Notes under the pieces: model-generated
What the model was told of the DNA's origin: nothing
Databases searched by the model: none
Seen by the model: only the letters and a program-made list of their open reading frames with translations
Assembly: GCA_051955835.1 (NCBI GenBank)
Contig: JBQCGH010000127.1
Location: 4,590 to 68,589, forward strand
Direction of reading: 5' to 3'
From: Gemmatimonadales bacterium
Lineage (GTDB): Bacteria; Gemmatimonadota; Gemmatimonadetes; Gemmatimonadales; GWC2-71-9
Length of the DNA: 64,000 nucleotides
Program-made: the position numbers and the translations under genes
In this document: positions 37,862-46,947 of the stretch, one piece after another
Position numbering within the stretch: position 1 is the stretch's first letter
How the letters are laid out: each line of letters starts with the position of its first letter

Positions 37862-38268
37862 GGCCGCTGCTCCTTCGCCCATTCGATGTCGTCCTTGATG
37901 GTGTCCACCGTCCGCCGAGGCGTCGGGTCGACCTGCTTGAGGTTCTTGAGCCCGCGCTGCAGCATGACCCAGCCGCCGATGCCGAACACGACCCCGACGA
38001 TGAGCGCCGCGAGCCACGGCTTGAGGCCGATCGGGTCGATCAGCAAGAGGATCAGGAACGCGGTCAGTGCGAGCCCGCCGACCAGCGCAACGGTGCCGCC
38101 GGCCGCGAGAGAGACGAGATCGGCCGTGACCTTCGACAGCTTGGCCTGCATCTCGGTCTTCGCCAACTGCGCTTCCTGGCGCACCAGAAGGCCCATGTCC
38201 TGCGACAGCTCGCCGAAGAGCTCGCCGATCGAGCGCTCCTCGGCAGGTCGCCTGCTAAGCTCCGGCAT
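37858..38268 (-). CDS. Holin-X / Phage_holin_3_6-like small membrane protein (DUF1469-type)
   Basis: SIGELFGELSQDMGLLVRQEAQLAKTEM...two TM helices. Start trimmed to ATG 38268. 14-nt overlap with the upstream gene. Confidence 0.6.
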   Translation of the reverse strand: MPELSRRPAEERSIGELFGELSQDMGLLVRQEAQLAKTEMQAKLSKVTADLVSLAAGGTVALVGGLALTAFLILLLIDPIGLKPWLAALIVGVVFGIGGWVMLQRGLKNLKQVDPTPRRTVDTIKDDIEWAKEQRP

Positions 38269-38902
38269 AACCGCTCCCCCATTCCTCGGGGTTCGCCCCC
38301 GGACGACCAGTCTGCCCCGACTGATAGCTGCCGCTCCCGTAGCCGACGGTCCCGTAGGTGCCGCTGCCGAAATCCTCACGCGCGCCACCTGTCTCGACGT
38401 TCCAGTTCGCTGAGCTGTAGTCCCGTCCCGGGCGCCTGCCGCCGCCCCGACGCGAGCTCTTGATGAAGCGGGCACCGAGCATCCCGAGCGCCAGGGCGAC
38501 GCCGACTGCCACGGCCGGTTGCCGGCGGGCGAACTGCTCGAGGTCCTCCCGGACGTCGGTGAGGTCCCGGTCCCGGAGGTAGGCGGACAATCGGTCCACC
38601 TGGTTGGCGAGGGAATCGGTCAGATTCGCGATCCCTTCCTGATGGTCCTCGCGAAGCTGCCGGCCGGTGGTCCGCACCGCGTCGGCAATCCCGCCGATCC
38701 GATCGGCGGCCTGGCTTCGGCTGTCGTTGATGCTGGAGGTGGCACTGTCGCGGGCCTGTCGCAGAGAAGTCTTGGCCTGGTCTACCACCTGATCCTTCAC
38801 CTGCCGTATCTGCTCACGCGCGCCGCCGGCGGGGCCGGCCCCGGTCTCCGCGGTCGCCGGCTCGGCGGAGACGGTTGATGCATCTCTGGGCGTCGTCATC
38901 AT
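38255..38902 (-). CDS. Hypothetical membrane-anchored coiled-coil protein with G/Y/S-rich tail
   Basis: Tandem ATG ATG at 38902 preceded by GGAGAGGAG. Helical N-half, TM QPAVAVGVALALGMLGARFI, tail GSGTYGTVGYGSGSYQSGQ. Confidence 0.55.
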   Translation of the reverse strand: MMTTPRDASTVSAEPATAETGAGPAGGAREQIRQVKDQVVDQAKTSLRQARDSATSSINDSRSQAADRIGGIADAVRTTGRQLREDHQEGIANLTDSLANQVDRLSAYLRDRDLTDVREDLEQFARRQPAVAVGVALALGMLGARFIKSSRRGGGRRPGRDYSSANWNVETGGAREDFGSGTYGTVGYGSGSYQSGQTGRPGANPEEWGSGYAGA

Positions 38903-39205
38903 CTGGCTCCTCTCCGCGCGCCCGCATGTGGCACGCGGCACATGGTCGATTGAGAACGGGCCACAGGATGCGCCCGGGCCGCCAGCGATGCGGTGCGCCA
39001 AATCACCCGCCCGGCAGCCGGCACCCGACCAGCCCTGGGCCCGCGGAGACACGCGCCCCGTGTACGTGTAGGAGAGCGATGGGACGGTAGCGGACCGATG
39101 CGGCTCCGGCAAACGGCCCTTCAGACAGGCCAACGTCGTCCCGGGGCCCGTCAGCGCCGGTGTTATACTTGTGACGCCGACCCGTTCGTTCCCCAGGAGA
39201 GGGTC

Positions 39206-40843
39206 TTGTCGACCGAGCACTTCCCGCGGCGCGCTCCCACGCCTGAGCCGCGCTCCGCGCCCGTGGCCCTCGCCATCCTCCTCCTCGCCGCCTTCGCCGT
39301 GGTGCTCGCCGCGCTGCCCTATCCCGTCTTCGAGCTGGACCGCTACACCTTCCCGAAGGAGCTGGTGCTCGAGGTCGCCGCGTTTGCCGCGGCCCTGGTC
39401 ACCCTCGCCTCCGCCCGGCGCCTCACGCTGTTCGCGGTCGACGGCATGGTCGGACTGTTTCTCCTGATCTCCGCGCTGTCGGGGCTGGTTGCGAACAACG
39501 GCTGGCTCGCCCTCCGCGCGCTGGGTGTCACGTTGGCAGGCGCGGCGCTGTTCTGGAGCGCGCGCGCAGTCGCGCGGGCGGGGCTCGGCACGCCGCTGGT
39601 GACCGGGCTCGCTATAGCGGTGGTGCTCGGCGCGGTCACCGGCCTGGTGCAGGCATATGGGCTCGTGAGCACGAGCCTCGCGAGTCTCACACGGGCTCCC
39701 GGCGGCACGTTCGGCAATCGCAACTTCATGGCGCACCTGGTGGCGATCGGGCTCCCGCTGCTGCTCTTCGTGACGCTGGACGCGCGCTCGCGCACCCGGC
39801 TTGGTTTCGGCGCGGCAGGGGTATGCCTAGCCGCCACGGCGCTGGTGCTGTCGCGCTCGCGGGCGGCGTGGCTGGCGGCCAGCGTCGCGGGTGCCTTTCT
39901 CACCTTCGAGGGGCTCTGGGTCGGCCGACTCTGGGGAGACCGGCGCCTGCGCAGCCGCGTCGTGCGGCTCGCCGCGGTCGCCGGCCTGGGCGTGGTACTC
40001 GCGCTGGCGCTGCCTAACCGCCTCAACTGGCGATCCGACTCCCCGTATCTCGAGTCCCTCGCGGGAGTGGCCAACTACAAGGAGGGGAGCGGGCGGGGCC
40101 GCGTGATCCAGTACGGCAACACCCTGAAGATGGCGGTCCGGCATCCGCTGCTCGGCGTGGGACCGGGCAACTGGCCGGTGTTCTATCCCGCATTCATGTC
40201 GCGCGAGGACCCCTCGTTCGACCCGGACGACATCATTCCCACGAACCCTTGGCCCAGCAGCGACTGGATGGCGATGGCGTCCGAGCGGGGGTTTCCTGCG
40301 CTCGCCGTGCTCCTGCTGACCGGCGGATTCCTCGCGCTCGGGGCATGGTCCCGGGTCCGGCGCGGCGCCCGGCACGGACCCGCGCTCGCCGACCTCGCGA
40401 TCGTCGCCACGCTGCTCACAATCGCGGTGGCGGGCGCGTTCGATGCGGTCCTCCTGTTGCCTGCACCCACGCTGTTCGCCTGGACCATCGTGGGCGCGCT
40501 CGCCTCCGGCGCCCGGCCCGTGCGCGAGATCGGCCTGACGGCCGGCGTCCGGCGTGCCCTCATGGCGGGCGTGCTCCTCCTCGGCACGCCCATCATCGTT
40601 CGCGGCGCCGCGCAGACGCTCGCGATGGCCGCCTTCGACGACGGCTCCCGCCCGGCCATGGAGCGCGCGGCGCTCATCGACCCGGGGAGCTACCGCATCC
40701 ACATGCTGGTGGGACGGGCCTGGGTGCGAGCGGGGAGGTGCGACCGCGCCATCCCGCACGCGTCCGCGGCCCGCGCCCTGTTCCCCAACTACCCCGCGCC
40801 GATACAGTTGCTCCGCGCCTGCGGCGTGCGCGCGCGGCGCTGA
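39206..40843 (+). CDS. O-antigen ligase/Wzy_C-family polytopic membrane protein with TPR-like C-terminus
   Basis: About 10 TM helices, NRNFMAHLVAIGLPLLLF...LVLSRSRAAWLAA (Wzy_C-like loop). Start uncertain: TTG 39206 has AGGAGAGGG upstream, while the track ORF begins at 38993. Confidence 0.7.
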   Translation: MSTEHFPRRAPTPEPRSAPVALAILLLAAFAVVLAALPYPVFELDRYTFPKELVLEVAAFAAALVTLASARRLTLFAVDGMVGLFLLISALSGLVANNGWLALRALGVTLAGAALFWSARAVARAGLGTPLVTGLAIAVVLGAVTGLVQAYGLVSTSLASLTRAPGGTFGNRNFMAHLVAIGLPLLLFVTLDARSRTRLGFGAAGVCLAATALVLSRSRAAWLAASVAGAFLTFEGLWVGRLWGDRRLRSRVVRLAAVAGLGVVLALALPNRLNWRSDSPYLESLAGVANYKEGSGRGRVIQYGNTLKMAVRHPLLGVGPGNWPVFYPAFMSREDPSFDPDDIIPTNPWPSSDWMAMASERGFPALAVLLLTGGFLALGAWSRVRRGARHGPALADLAIVATLLTIAVAGAFDAVLLLPAPTLFAWTIVGALASGARPVREIGLTAGVRRALMAGVLLLGTPIIVRGAAQTLAMAAFDDGSRPAMERAALIDPGSYRIHMLVGRAWVRAGRCDRAIPHASAARALFPNYPAPIQLLRACGVRARR

Positions 40844-40949
40844 CCGCCGGCTGGTCGGCGGAGCCTGTGTCGCTGGTCACTGCCGCTGCTCGCCCGCGAT
40901 CTCCATATACGGCGAGAGGTCCGACCGCCGCTTTCTCGTGGAGGATCGC

Positions 40950-41420
40950 ATGCGCCCCGCCCTCATCGCACCCCTCACCGCTCTCGCCGTCGTCGGATGC
41001 GGCGGCCACGCTGTTCAGATCGACTCGAAAGCCCAGCCCGTGGGCGGCCGCTGGAACGGCGTGCTCTCGACGCCGGCCAGTCTCGCAGGGGTCACCCAGG
41101 TGCACGGCAATGCCTGGATGCAGCGTGCGGACAAAGATTCCGCTCAGACACTCGCGCACGTCGAGATCACCAACGCCGCGCCGGGCGGTCGGCACCCGTG
41201 GCACGTGCATCGCGGGCAATGCGGTACGGACCTGGGCATCCTGGGGCCTCCCGACGCCTACCAGGTGCTCAAGGTGGGGGGTGACGGCAAGGCAAAGGAC
41301 GACGCGAAGCTGCCGCTGCCGCTCCCGTCAGCCGGCCAGTACTTCGTCAACGTGCACGCCTCGGCGCAGAACATGTCGACGATCGTGGCCTGCGGGAACC
41401 TGGCGCCTCCGGCACGATAG
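40950..41420 (+). CDS. Lipoprotein with CHRD-like (SOD-like fold) domain
   Basis: Lipobox LAVVGC. HPWHVHRGQCGTDLGILG and QYFVNVHAS...IVACGNL resemble the CHRD/CuZn-SOD signatures. GGAGGA upstream of ATG 40950. Confidence 0.5.
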   Translation: MRPALIAPLTALAVVGCGGHAVQIDSKAQPVGGRWNGVLSTPASLAGVTQVHGNAWMQRADKDSAQTLAHVEITNAAPGGRHPWHVHRGQCGTDLGILGPPDAYQVLKVGGDGKAKDDAKLPLPLPSAGQYFVNVHASAQNMSTIVACGNLAPPAR

Positions 41421-41509
41421 GCCGGAAGCAGCGCGCGCGGTCAGAAGAGGGGGACCAGAGCGGCGGATCGCGGATCGCGGTCGCTCGTCGGCTCATGCTT
41501 CCGTTTGCT

Positions 41510-42958
41510 CTATTTGCTTATCGCTGCCTTGAGCTTGGCGGCCAGCCATTCCGCCTCGTGCTTGTCACGAATGCCGCCACCAGCGCTGAGCTGCTTCCCC
41601 CCGGTCGTCACGATCCTGATCTCGTAGTAGGGAGTCATGCCTGCCTGTGCCGTGATCCGAGTAGTGACCTCGGCGACATCGGCGGCACGGACCGTCTGCT
41701 CGCGCTGTGGCGTCACCCACCCGGTAGCCACCGTGACGGCGTCCCGCGCGGCCGTGACCCGACTGACCCCGAGCCAGGCATCCATCACGATGAGCGCGAA
41801 GAGCATGCTGAACGCGCCGAAGAAGATCGGAAAGATGACCGGGGCTTTGAACCCCACAAGCAATGCCGTCGCGCCGATCCAGATGAGGAGAAACGCGGTG
41901 AGACCGAGCGCGAAGCCCGGATTGCGCGCGGAGGGGAAGTCGATCTCGAGACCACGCGCGGTCGGTGTCACCCGAATACGCGAGCCGGCGGGCTGACGGT
42001 AGTCCGTCGGAACCGCCGCGGCCACCTCGGCGGCGCGATCCGCCTCGGTGAGCGGCGCGTCGGAGGCCGCGGTACGGAACACGGGAACCTCGAAGGCCGC
42101 GGCATAGTCGACCCCCGGCACTTCGCCGGTAACGTCGAGGCGCCAGAAGACCCGATCGCCGGACGTGGCCGGATCGCAGGGCACCGCGTCGTGGGGAATG
42201 GCGAACGAGACGGGTAGGCCGGTCGCGGTGCTCGGGACGCGCCGCTCCTCCTGCCAGAGCACATTGTCCCAGGTCGTCCGGTCGCGACCGCTGCCGGTGG
42301 TCTCCCGACGGATGCAGCTCAGCGCCTCGCGAAACCCGCCCGCGGGCTCAAGGCCGGGCGGTGTCCGTATCGTGCCTTCGAGCGTGTGGCCCACGACGGC
42401 CGGGAGCGTGGTCAGCTCGAGGCTGGAGCTGCCGTACCGCCGGTATCGGAGGGTGGCGCGCACCGCCCAGATCACGATACCGAGCCCGACCAGCGGGAAC
42501 AGCAGCGCGAGCAGCGCCGCGCGTTGTCCACCCTGCATCGCCGAGCGGGTCGCCAGCACGGCGCCCGGCAGGCTGATCAGGTTCCAGAGCGCCGCACCTG
42601 CCCAGGCGGTCCACATGGTCGTGCGCGAGGAGTCGGTAATCCGGCGGCCGGCCCAGTCTTCCCGCCACAGCCAGGGGCTCTCCGGAGAGTGGGCCTGGCG
42701 CGCGAGCGAGTCCGCTAGGCGCTGACGGCCGCGCAGGGTGAGCACGATGCCCCCGATGCCGACGCCGCCGAAGGTCAGTGCGAAAATCGCCAGGAATCCC
42801 GCGCGGGCCCAGTCGCGGTCACCGACAGCGGCGAGAGCGAACACCGCGGTGACGATTCCGACCGCCGCGAAGGGAAATAGAAACAGCACCACGCACCCGA
42901 CCGCCGTGGTGGCGGAGGCAGGGGCGCGTTGGCGGGGGAGGCCGCTGGGTGCGCTCAC
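41510..42958 (-). CDS. Hypothetical polytopic membrane protein
   Basis: GTG 42958 overlaps the sseA stop (GTGA). Several TM helices flank a soluble central region. No family recognised. Confidence 0.55.
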   Translation of the reverse strand: MSAPSGLPRQRAPASATTAVGCVVLFLFPFAAVGIVTAVFALAAVGDRDWARAGFLAIFALTFGGVGIGGIVLTLRGRQRLADSLARQAHSPESPWLWREDWAGRRITDSSRTTMWTAWAGAALWNLISLPGAVLATRSAMQGGQRAALLALLFPLVGLGIVIWAVRATLRYRRYGSSSLELTTLPAVVGHTLEGTIRTPPGLEPAGGFREALSCIRRETTGSGRDRTTWDNVLWQEERRVPSTATGLPVSFAIPHDAVPCDPATSGDRVFWRLDVTGEVPGVDYAAAFEVPVFRTAASDAPLTEADRAAEVAAAVPTDYRQPAGSRIRVTPTARGLEIDFPSARNPGFALGLTAFLLIWIGATALLVGFKAPVIFPIFFGAFSMLFALIVMDAWLGVSRVTAARDAVTVATGWVTPQREQTVRAADVAEVTTRITAQAGMTPYYEIRIVTTGGKQLSAGGGIRDKHEAEWLAAKLKAAISK

Positions 42959-43818
42959 GCCGGCCCGGTCGCCACGGGAGTGTCCTCGCGTCCGCCCCAC
43001 TCGGTCCACGCTCCGTCGTACAGCGCCGCGCCCTCGTAACCGAGAACGTGCAGTGCGTGGATCAGGGTGCAGGCGCTGGTGCCCGAGCCGCAGGTCGCGA
43101 CGATGGGCTGGGCCGGATCGACGCCGGCGGCCGCAAACCGGTTGCGTAGCGCGTCAGGCGGAAGCAGCGTGCCGTCCGACGCGACCAGGTCGGCGTAGGG
43201 GAGGCTCCGGCTTCCCGGGACGTGCCCGCCGCGCAGCCCGGCGCGCGGCTCGGGCTCGGCGCCGGTAAACCGCCCGGCCGGGCGCATGTCCACGACCTGC
43301 TCCGCCCTGCGCTCGAGATTGGCGCGCATCTCCCCCAGATCCCGCACGCCTCGGCGGTCCAGCCGCGCCGAGAAGCGACCGGCTGGCAGCGACACCACGC
43401 CGCGCTCGAGCGGACGACCTTCCGAGCGCCACTTGCCGAGTCCGCCATCGAGCAGGGCCGTCCGCGCATGGCCGAAGACGCGGAACATCCACCAGGCGCG
43501 CGCCGCGCTCAAATTGTTGCCGGTGGCGTCGTACACCACCAGACGGTCGTCGTCGTTCAGGCCGAGCCGGCTCATGGCCTCCGAGAACGATTGCGCCGTC
43601 GGCAACATGTGCGGCAGACTCGTGCCGGGGTCGCTCACCCGGTCGAGATCGAAGAAGAGCGCACCCGGAATGTGGCCCGAGGCGTATTCCGCCGCGGCGT
43701 CGCGCCGCTGGGTCGGAAGGTGCCAGGATGCATCGAGCACCCGCAGGGCCGGTCGTGTCAACCGCTCGGCGAGCCACCCCGTCGAGACGAGAGGCGGAAG
43801 CAGCTCGGCCGCGCTCAC
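42955..43818 (-). CDS. sseA: 3-mercaptopyruvate/thiosulfate sulfurtransferase (tandem rhodanese)
   Basis: [11 protein letters not shown]...VLDASW...[10 protein letters not shown]...and active-site loop [11 protein letters not shown] 43818 overlaps the qor stop (GTGA). Confidence 0.85.
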   Translation of the reverse strand: MSAAELLPPLVSTGWLAERLTRPALRVLDASWHLPTQRRDAAAEYASGHIPGALFFDLDRVSDPGTSLPHMLPTAQSFSEAMSRLGLNDDDRLVVYDATGNNLSAARAWWMFRVFGHARTALLDGGLGKWRSEGRPLERGVVSLPAGRFSARLDRRGVRDLGEMRANLERRAEQVVDMRPAGRFTGAEPEPRAGLRGGHVPGSRSLPYADLVASDGTLLPPDALRNRFAAAGVDPAQPIVATCGSGTSACTLIHALHVLGYEGAALYDGAWTEWGGREDTPVATGPA

Positions 43819-44783
43819 GGGACCAGCAGCATCTTCCCGGTCGTGCCTCTTCCCTCGAGAGCCCGATGCGCCTCGGCCGACTCGGCGAGCGGGAACTCGC
43901 GATCGATCCTTACCTTGAGCGCCCCGGCGGCGACCGCGCCCAGGACATCGCGCGCCCGCTCGAGCAGCTCCTCGTGCGAGGCGGTATAGTGTCCCAGACT
44001 GGGCCGAGTGAGGAAGAGCGAGCCTTTCTGGTTGAGCACCTGGGGATCGAACGGCTCGACGGGCCCGCTGCTCTGGCCGAACAGCACCATCATCCCGCGA
44101 CGTGCCAGACAGTCGAGGCTGCGCGCGAACGTGGTCCGCCCGACCGAGTCGTAGACGACCTGGACTCCCGTCCCGCCGGTGAGCCGCTTCACCTCGGCGC
44201 CGAAATCCGTCTCCGTGTACAGGATCACGTCGTCGGCGCCGGCGGCGCGAGCCAGCGCGGCCTTCTCCTGCGTCGACACGGTGCCGATGACGCGCGCACC
44301 GCGGCGCTTCGCGAGCTGACACAAGAGCAGCCCCACCCCTCCCGCCGCCGCATGGAGCAGGCACGTGTCCCCGGAGCCGAGGGGAAAGGTGGACGCGGTG
44401 AGATACTGGGCTGTCATGCCCTGCAGCAGCACCGCCGCGGCGGCGCGCGTGCTCACGGCGTCAGGCACTGGGACGAGGCGTTCGGCCGGCACGAGCGCGT
44501 ACGCCGCGTACGAGCCGAGCGCGTTGACCGTGGCGACGCGTTCGCCGGCACGTACCGCCGTGACTCCCGGCCCCACCGCTTCGACCGTGCCTGCTGCCTC
44601 GGTGCCTGGCGTGAGGGGTAGTGCAGCCTTGTAGAGCCCGGTTCGCTGGTAGATCTCGATGAAGTTGACGCCGACCGCGTCGACCCTGAGCAGCGCCTGT
44701 CCTGGCCCCGGAACTGGCTTGTCGATATCCTCGAACCGCAGCGCGTCGGGTCCGCCGACGGCGTGGATGCGGATGACTTTCAT
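43815..44783 (-). CDS. qor: NADPH:quinone oxidoreductase (zeta-crystallin MDR family)
   Basis: [20 protein letters not shown]...[13 protein letters not shown]...[14 protein letters not shown]. Confidence 0.85.
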   Translation of the reverse strand: MKVIRIHAVGGPDALRFEDIDKPVPGPGQALLRVDAVGVNFIEIYQRTGLYKAALPLTPGTEAAGTVEAVGPGVTAVRAGERVATVNALGSYAAYALVPAERLVPVPDAVSTRAAAAVLLQGMTAQYLTASTFPLGSGDTCLLHAAAGGVGLLLCQLAKRRGARVIGTVSTQEKAALARAAGADDVILYTETDFGAEVKRLTGGTGVQVVYDSVGRTTFARSLDCLARRGMMVLFGQSSGPVEPFDPQVLNQKGSLFLTRPSLGHYTASHEELLERARDVLGAVAAGALKVRIDREFPLAESAEAHRALEGRGTTGKMLLVP

Positions 44784-44836
44784 GGTCTCCTCGGCGGAAT
44801 GTTCTAATCTGTCAGCACGACGGGGGAGAGCGCCAT

Positions 44837-44869
44837 GCGCCCTCCCCCGTCCTTGCGCGTGCCCTGAGC
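44837..44869 (-). terminator. Strong hairpin between the stress-protein gene and qor (putative terminator)
   Basis: GACGGGGGAG ... CTCCCCCGTC 10-bp perfect stem. The inner GCGC-CAT-GCGC extends the stem. There is no U-tract. Confidence 0.4.
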
Positions 44870-44939
44870 CGGCGCCGTGCGCCGGCCACTGGGAAGCTCG
44901 CGCCCCCGAGAGGCGTCGAGCCTTGCCGAGGTTTCCGGG

Positions 44940-45806
44940 CTACACCTCCGCCATCCGGCGCTCCGGGCCGGCGTACGCGGGGTCCCCTCCCGCCCGGCGC
45001 TCGCGACCGCGGTACCGTTGCCGCCGGCTGGGGAAGCCGCGCGTGCCGGTACTGGAGCCGGAGGCGACATCGCCAGCGCCGATCCCGCCGAGCGATCCGC
45101 CCGACGGTGCGCCGATGCCGGCGTCACTGCCGCCGGCGCCCGCGACGCCGTCGTCGACCGTGCCGATCGCCCCCAGGCCGGGGTCGAGCCCGGAAAGCAT
45201 CGGGTCGCCGACGGTGCCATTGGTGGTCAGCACGTCGGCGGCCGCGTCGGCGCGATCGAACGCGCGATACCGGGTCGCGCCCGACGGACCGAAATCCATA
45301 CCGTTCCGTTCGAGAATCGCGAGCGCTTCCTCGGTCCGTGGTCCCGCGTCTACGGTGACCAGCGCGTTGCCCGCGCGCAGACCCTGGTCGAAATGGCGGG
45401 CATCACTCTCGGGAACGCCCATGCCCATCAGCGCGCCGATGACGCCTCCCGTGGCCGCGCCGATCCCGGCACCCGCGAGCGTCGATGCGAGAACGCCGCC
45501 CACGAGGATGGGCCCAACGCCCGGGATGAGCAGCGAGCCGAGCAGGCCGATCAACCCGCCGACGATCCCGCCGCTCACCGCACCGGTGGCCGCCCCCTCG
45601 GCTTCGCTGGTTGCCGACGACTCGAGCAGGTCGCCTTGCTCGACCCTGTCCTGCAGCGCCACGCCGACCTGGCGGTCGGTGAACCCCGCCGCCTTCAAGT
45701 CGCGGATGGCCGCATCCGCTTCGTCACGCCGGGCGAACAGACCCACGACGGTGCGTCCGGTCGTGTCCTGCTCTGCCGTCACGTCGTGCCTGTCATCGTG
45801 TCTCAT
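44940..45806 (-). CDS. General-stress-protein-like membrane protein (YflT/DUF1269-type with Gly-zipper helices)
   Basis: TVVGLFARRDEADAAIRDLKAAGF, Gly-zipper GGIVGGLIGLLGSLLIPGVGPILVGGVLAS...GGVIGALMGMGVPE. Start trimmed to ATG 45806 (GAGG upstream). Confidence 0.65.
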   Translation of the reverse strand: MRHDDRHDVTAEQDTTGRTVVGLFARRDEADAAIRDLKAAGFTDRQVGVALQDRVEQGDLLESSATSEAEGAATGAVSGGIVGGLIGLLGSLLIPGVGPILVGGVLASTLAGAGIGAATGGVIGALMGMGVPESDARHFDQGLRAGNALVTVDAGPRTEEALAILERNGMDFGPSGATRYRAFDRADAAADVLTTNGTVGDPMLSGLDPGLGAIGTVDDGVAGAGGSDAGIGAPSGGSLGGIGAGDVASGSSTGTRGFPSRRQRYRGRERRAGGDPAYAGPERRMAEV

Positions 45807-46004
45807 GATCCTACCTCGAGGTGTCGCGTAAGGGCCCTCAAAGTACGGCGCTAGGCGTTTGGCGGGGGTGAGCGCCCTCACAGCCCGCCGGCACGGCGTG
45901 CAATCTCACGCACCGACGCGGGCTTAACAGTCCTCCGGCCGCGCCGTCTCTGCGGCCGTCCCCGATATGCTGGCAAAATTGTCCTGAGATGAAAGGAGAA
46001 GCGC

Positions 46005-46835
46005 ATGCGCCGTCTGGCTTGGGTCGCGCTGGTCGTGGCCGTTGCCGCCTGCAGCGACTCGACGACTCCGTCTTCCGGCTCGCCCCTGTCCGCCTCGGAC
46101 GTGAGTGACATCGGCTTCGCGGAGGGCGACGAGGTGGAACAGGCTGCGGGCGCGCTCAGCACGCCGATCTCGCCGGTCGGCGCGCCCGGTCGTGGATGCG
46201 CCACGGTCGACGATCCGACCGACACCGACGGCGATCTGGTGCCGGACCATGCGACCTATACGTTCGCGCTGCCCGCGTGCAGCTTCACCGGTTTTCGGGG
46301 TGGCACCCTCGACGTCACCGGCACGGTCACGCTGAGCGACCCCACGCCCAATGCCCCTGGCCTCGACGCCACGGCGACGCTCGACGATCTCACGTTCAGC
46401 TTCACCAGCCCGGACCAGCGCCGGACGTATTCCGCCGTGCGCAACGGGACGCGGACACTCGGCGGCAACGCGCAAGGCGCATCGCTCAGCAACCAGATCA
46501 CGGTGGTCCGACACTGGCCCAATCGCGCGGATGCGACGGTGACTCACAATCTGCTCCTGACCTTCACGCCAGACCCCGGCCAGACGCTCGCGTTCGGGGA
46601 GCCGTTGCCCGGCGGCAGGTTCACGCGAAGCGGCACCTTCACATGGTCGCGAGGATCGGAGAGCCTGACCTTCACAGTGACGACCGTGGCGCCGCTCGTG
46701 TGGGACGCGTCGTGCACCACCGACCGGAAAATCGCGTCGGGCGAGACCCACGCCACGTTGAGCGACGGCAGCTACGTGCGGACGGTGTGGAACGGATGCG
46801 GGGAGGATCCGGTGAGGACGTGGGTAAAACCGTGA
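46005..46835 (+). CDS. Hypothetical lipoprotein
   Basis: MRRLAWVALVVAVAACSD lipobox. Beta-rich Thr/Asp-rich mature part. No family recognised. Confidence 0.6.
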   Translation: MRRLAWVALVVAVAACSDSTTPSSGSPLSASDVSDIGFAEGDEVEQAAGALSTPISPVGAPGRGCATVDDPTDTDGDLVPDHATYTFALPACSFTGFRGGTLDVTGTVTLSDPTPNAPGLDATATLDDLTFSFTSPDQRRTYSAVRNGTRTLGGNAQGASLSNQITVVRHWPNRADATVTHNLLLTFTPDPGQTLAFGEPLPGGRFTRSGTFTWSRGSESLTFTVTTVAPLVWDASCTTDRKIASGETHATLSDGSYVRTVWNGCGEDPVRTWVKP

Positions 46836-46865
46836 GCGGTGAGCGGTGATGGGTAAGCGGTAAGC
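46831..46865 (+). repeat. Five in-phase tandem heptamers CGTGAGC-GGTGAGC-GGTGATG-GGTAAGC-GGTAAGC, starting at the stop codon of the lipoprotein gene
   Basis: Read directly from the sequence. The first TGA is the gene's stop. The successive TGA/TAA triplets fall in all three reading frames. Confidence 0.9.
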
Positions 46866-46913
46866 GGGACCGGCACACCAGTCTGCTCCGTGTGCCGGTC
46901 CCGCTGCCGTTTT
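46864..46913. terminator. Terminator hairpin between the convergent lipoprotein and egtA genes
   Basis: GCGGGACCGGCACAC-(11 nt)-GTGTGCCGGTCCCGC, a 15-bp perfect stem, followed by TGCCGTTTT on the plus strand. Confidence 0.7.
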
Positions 46914-46947
46914 CTCCCTGCCCGCCCGCTCGCCCGCCCGCCTATCC

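Noticed and set aside
46831-46865. Heptamer arrays considered as CRISPR or as coding repeats
   Set aside because: The repeat unit is 7 nt with no spacers, far from CRISPR geometry. The arrays lie after stop codons and contain stops in all frames, so they are not coding.
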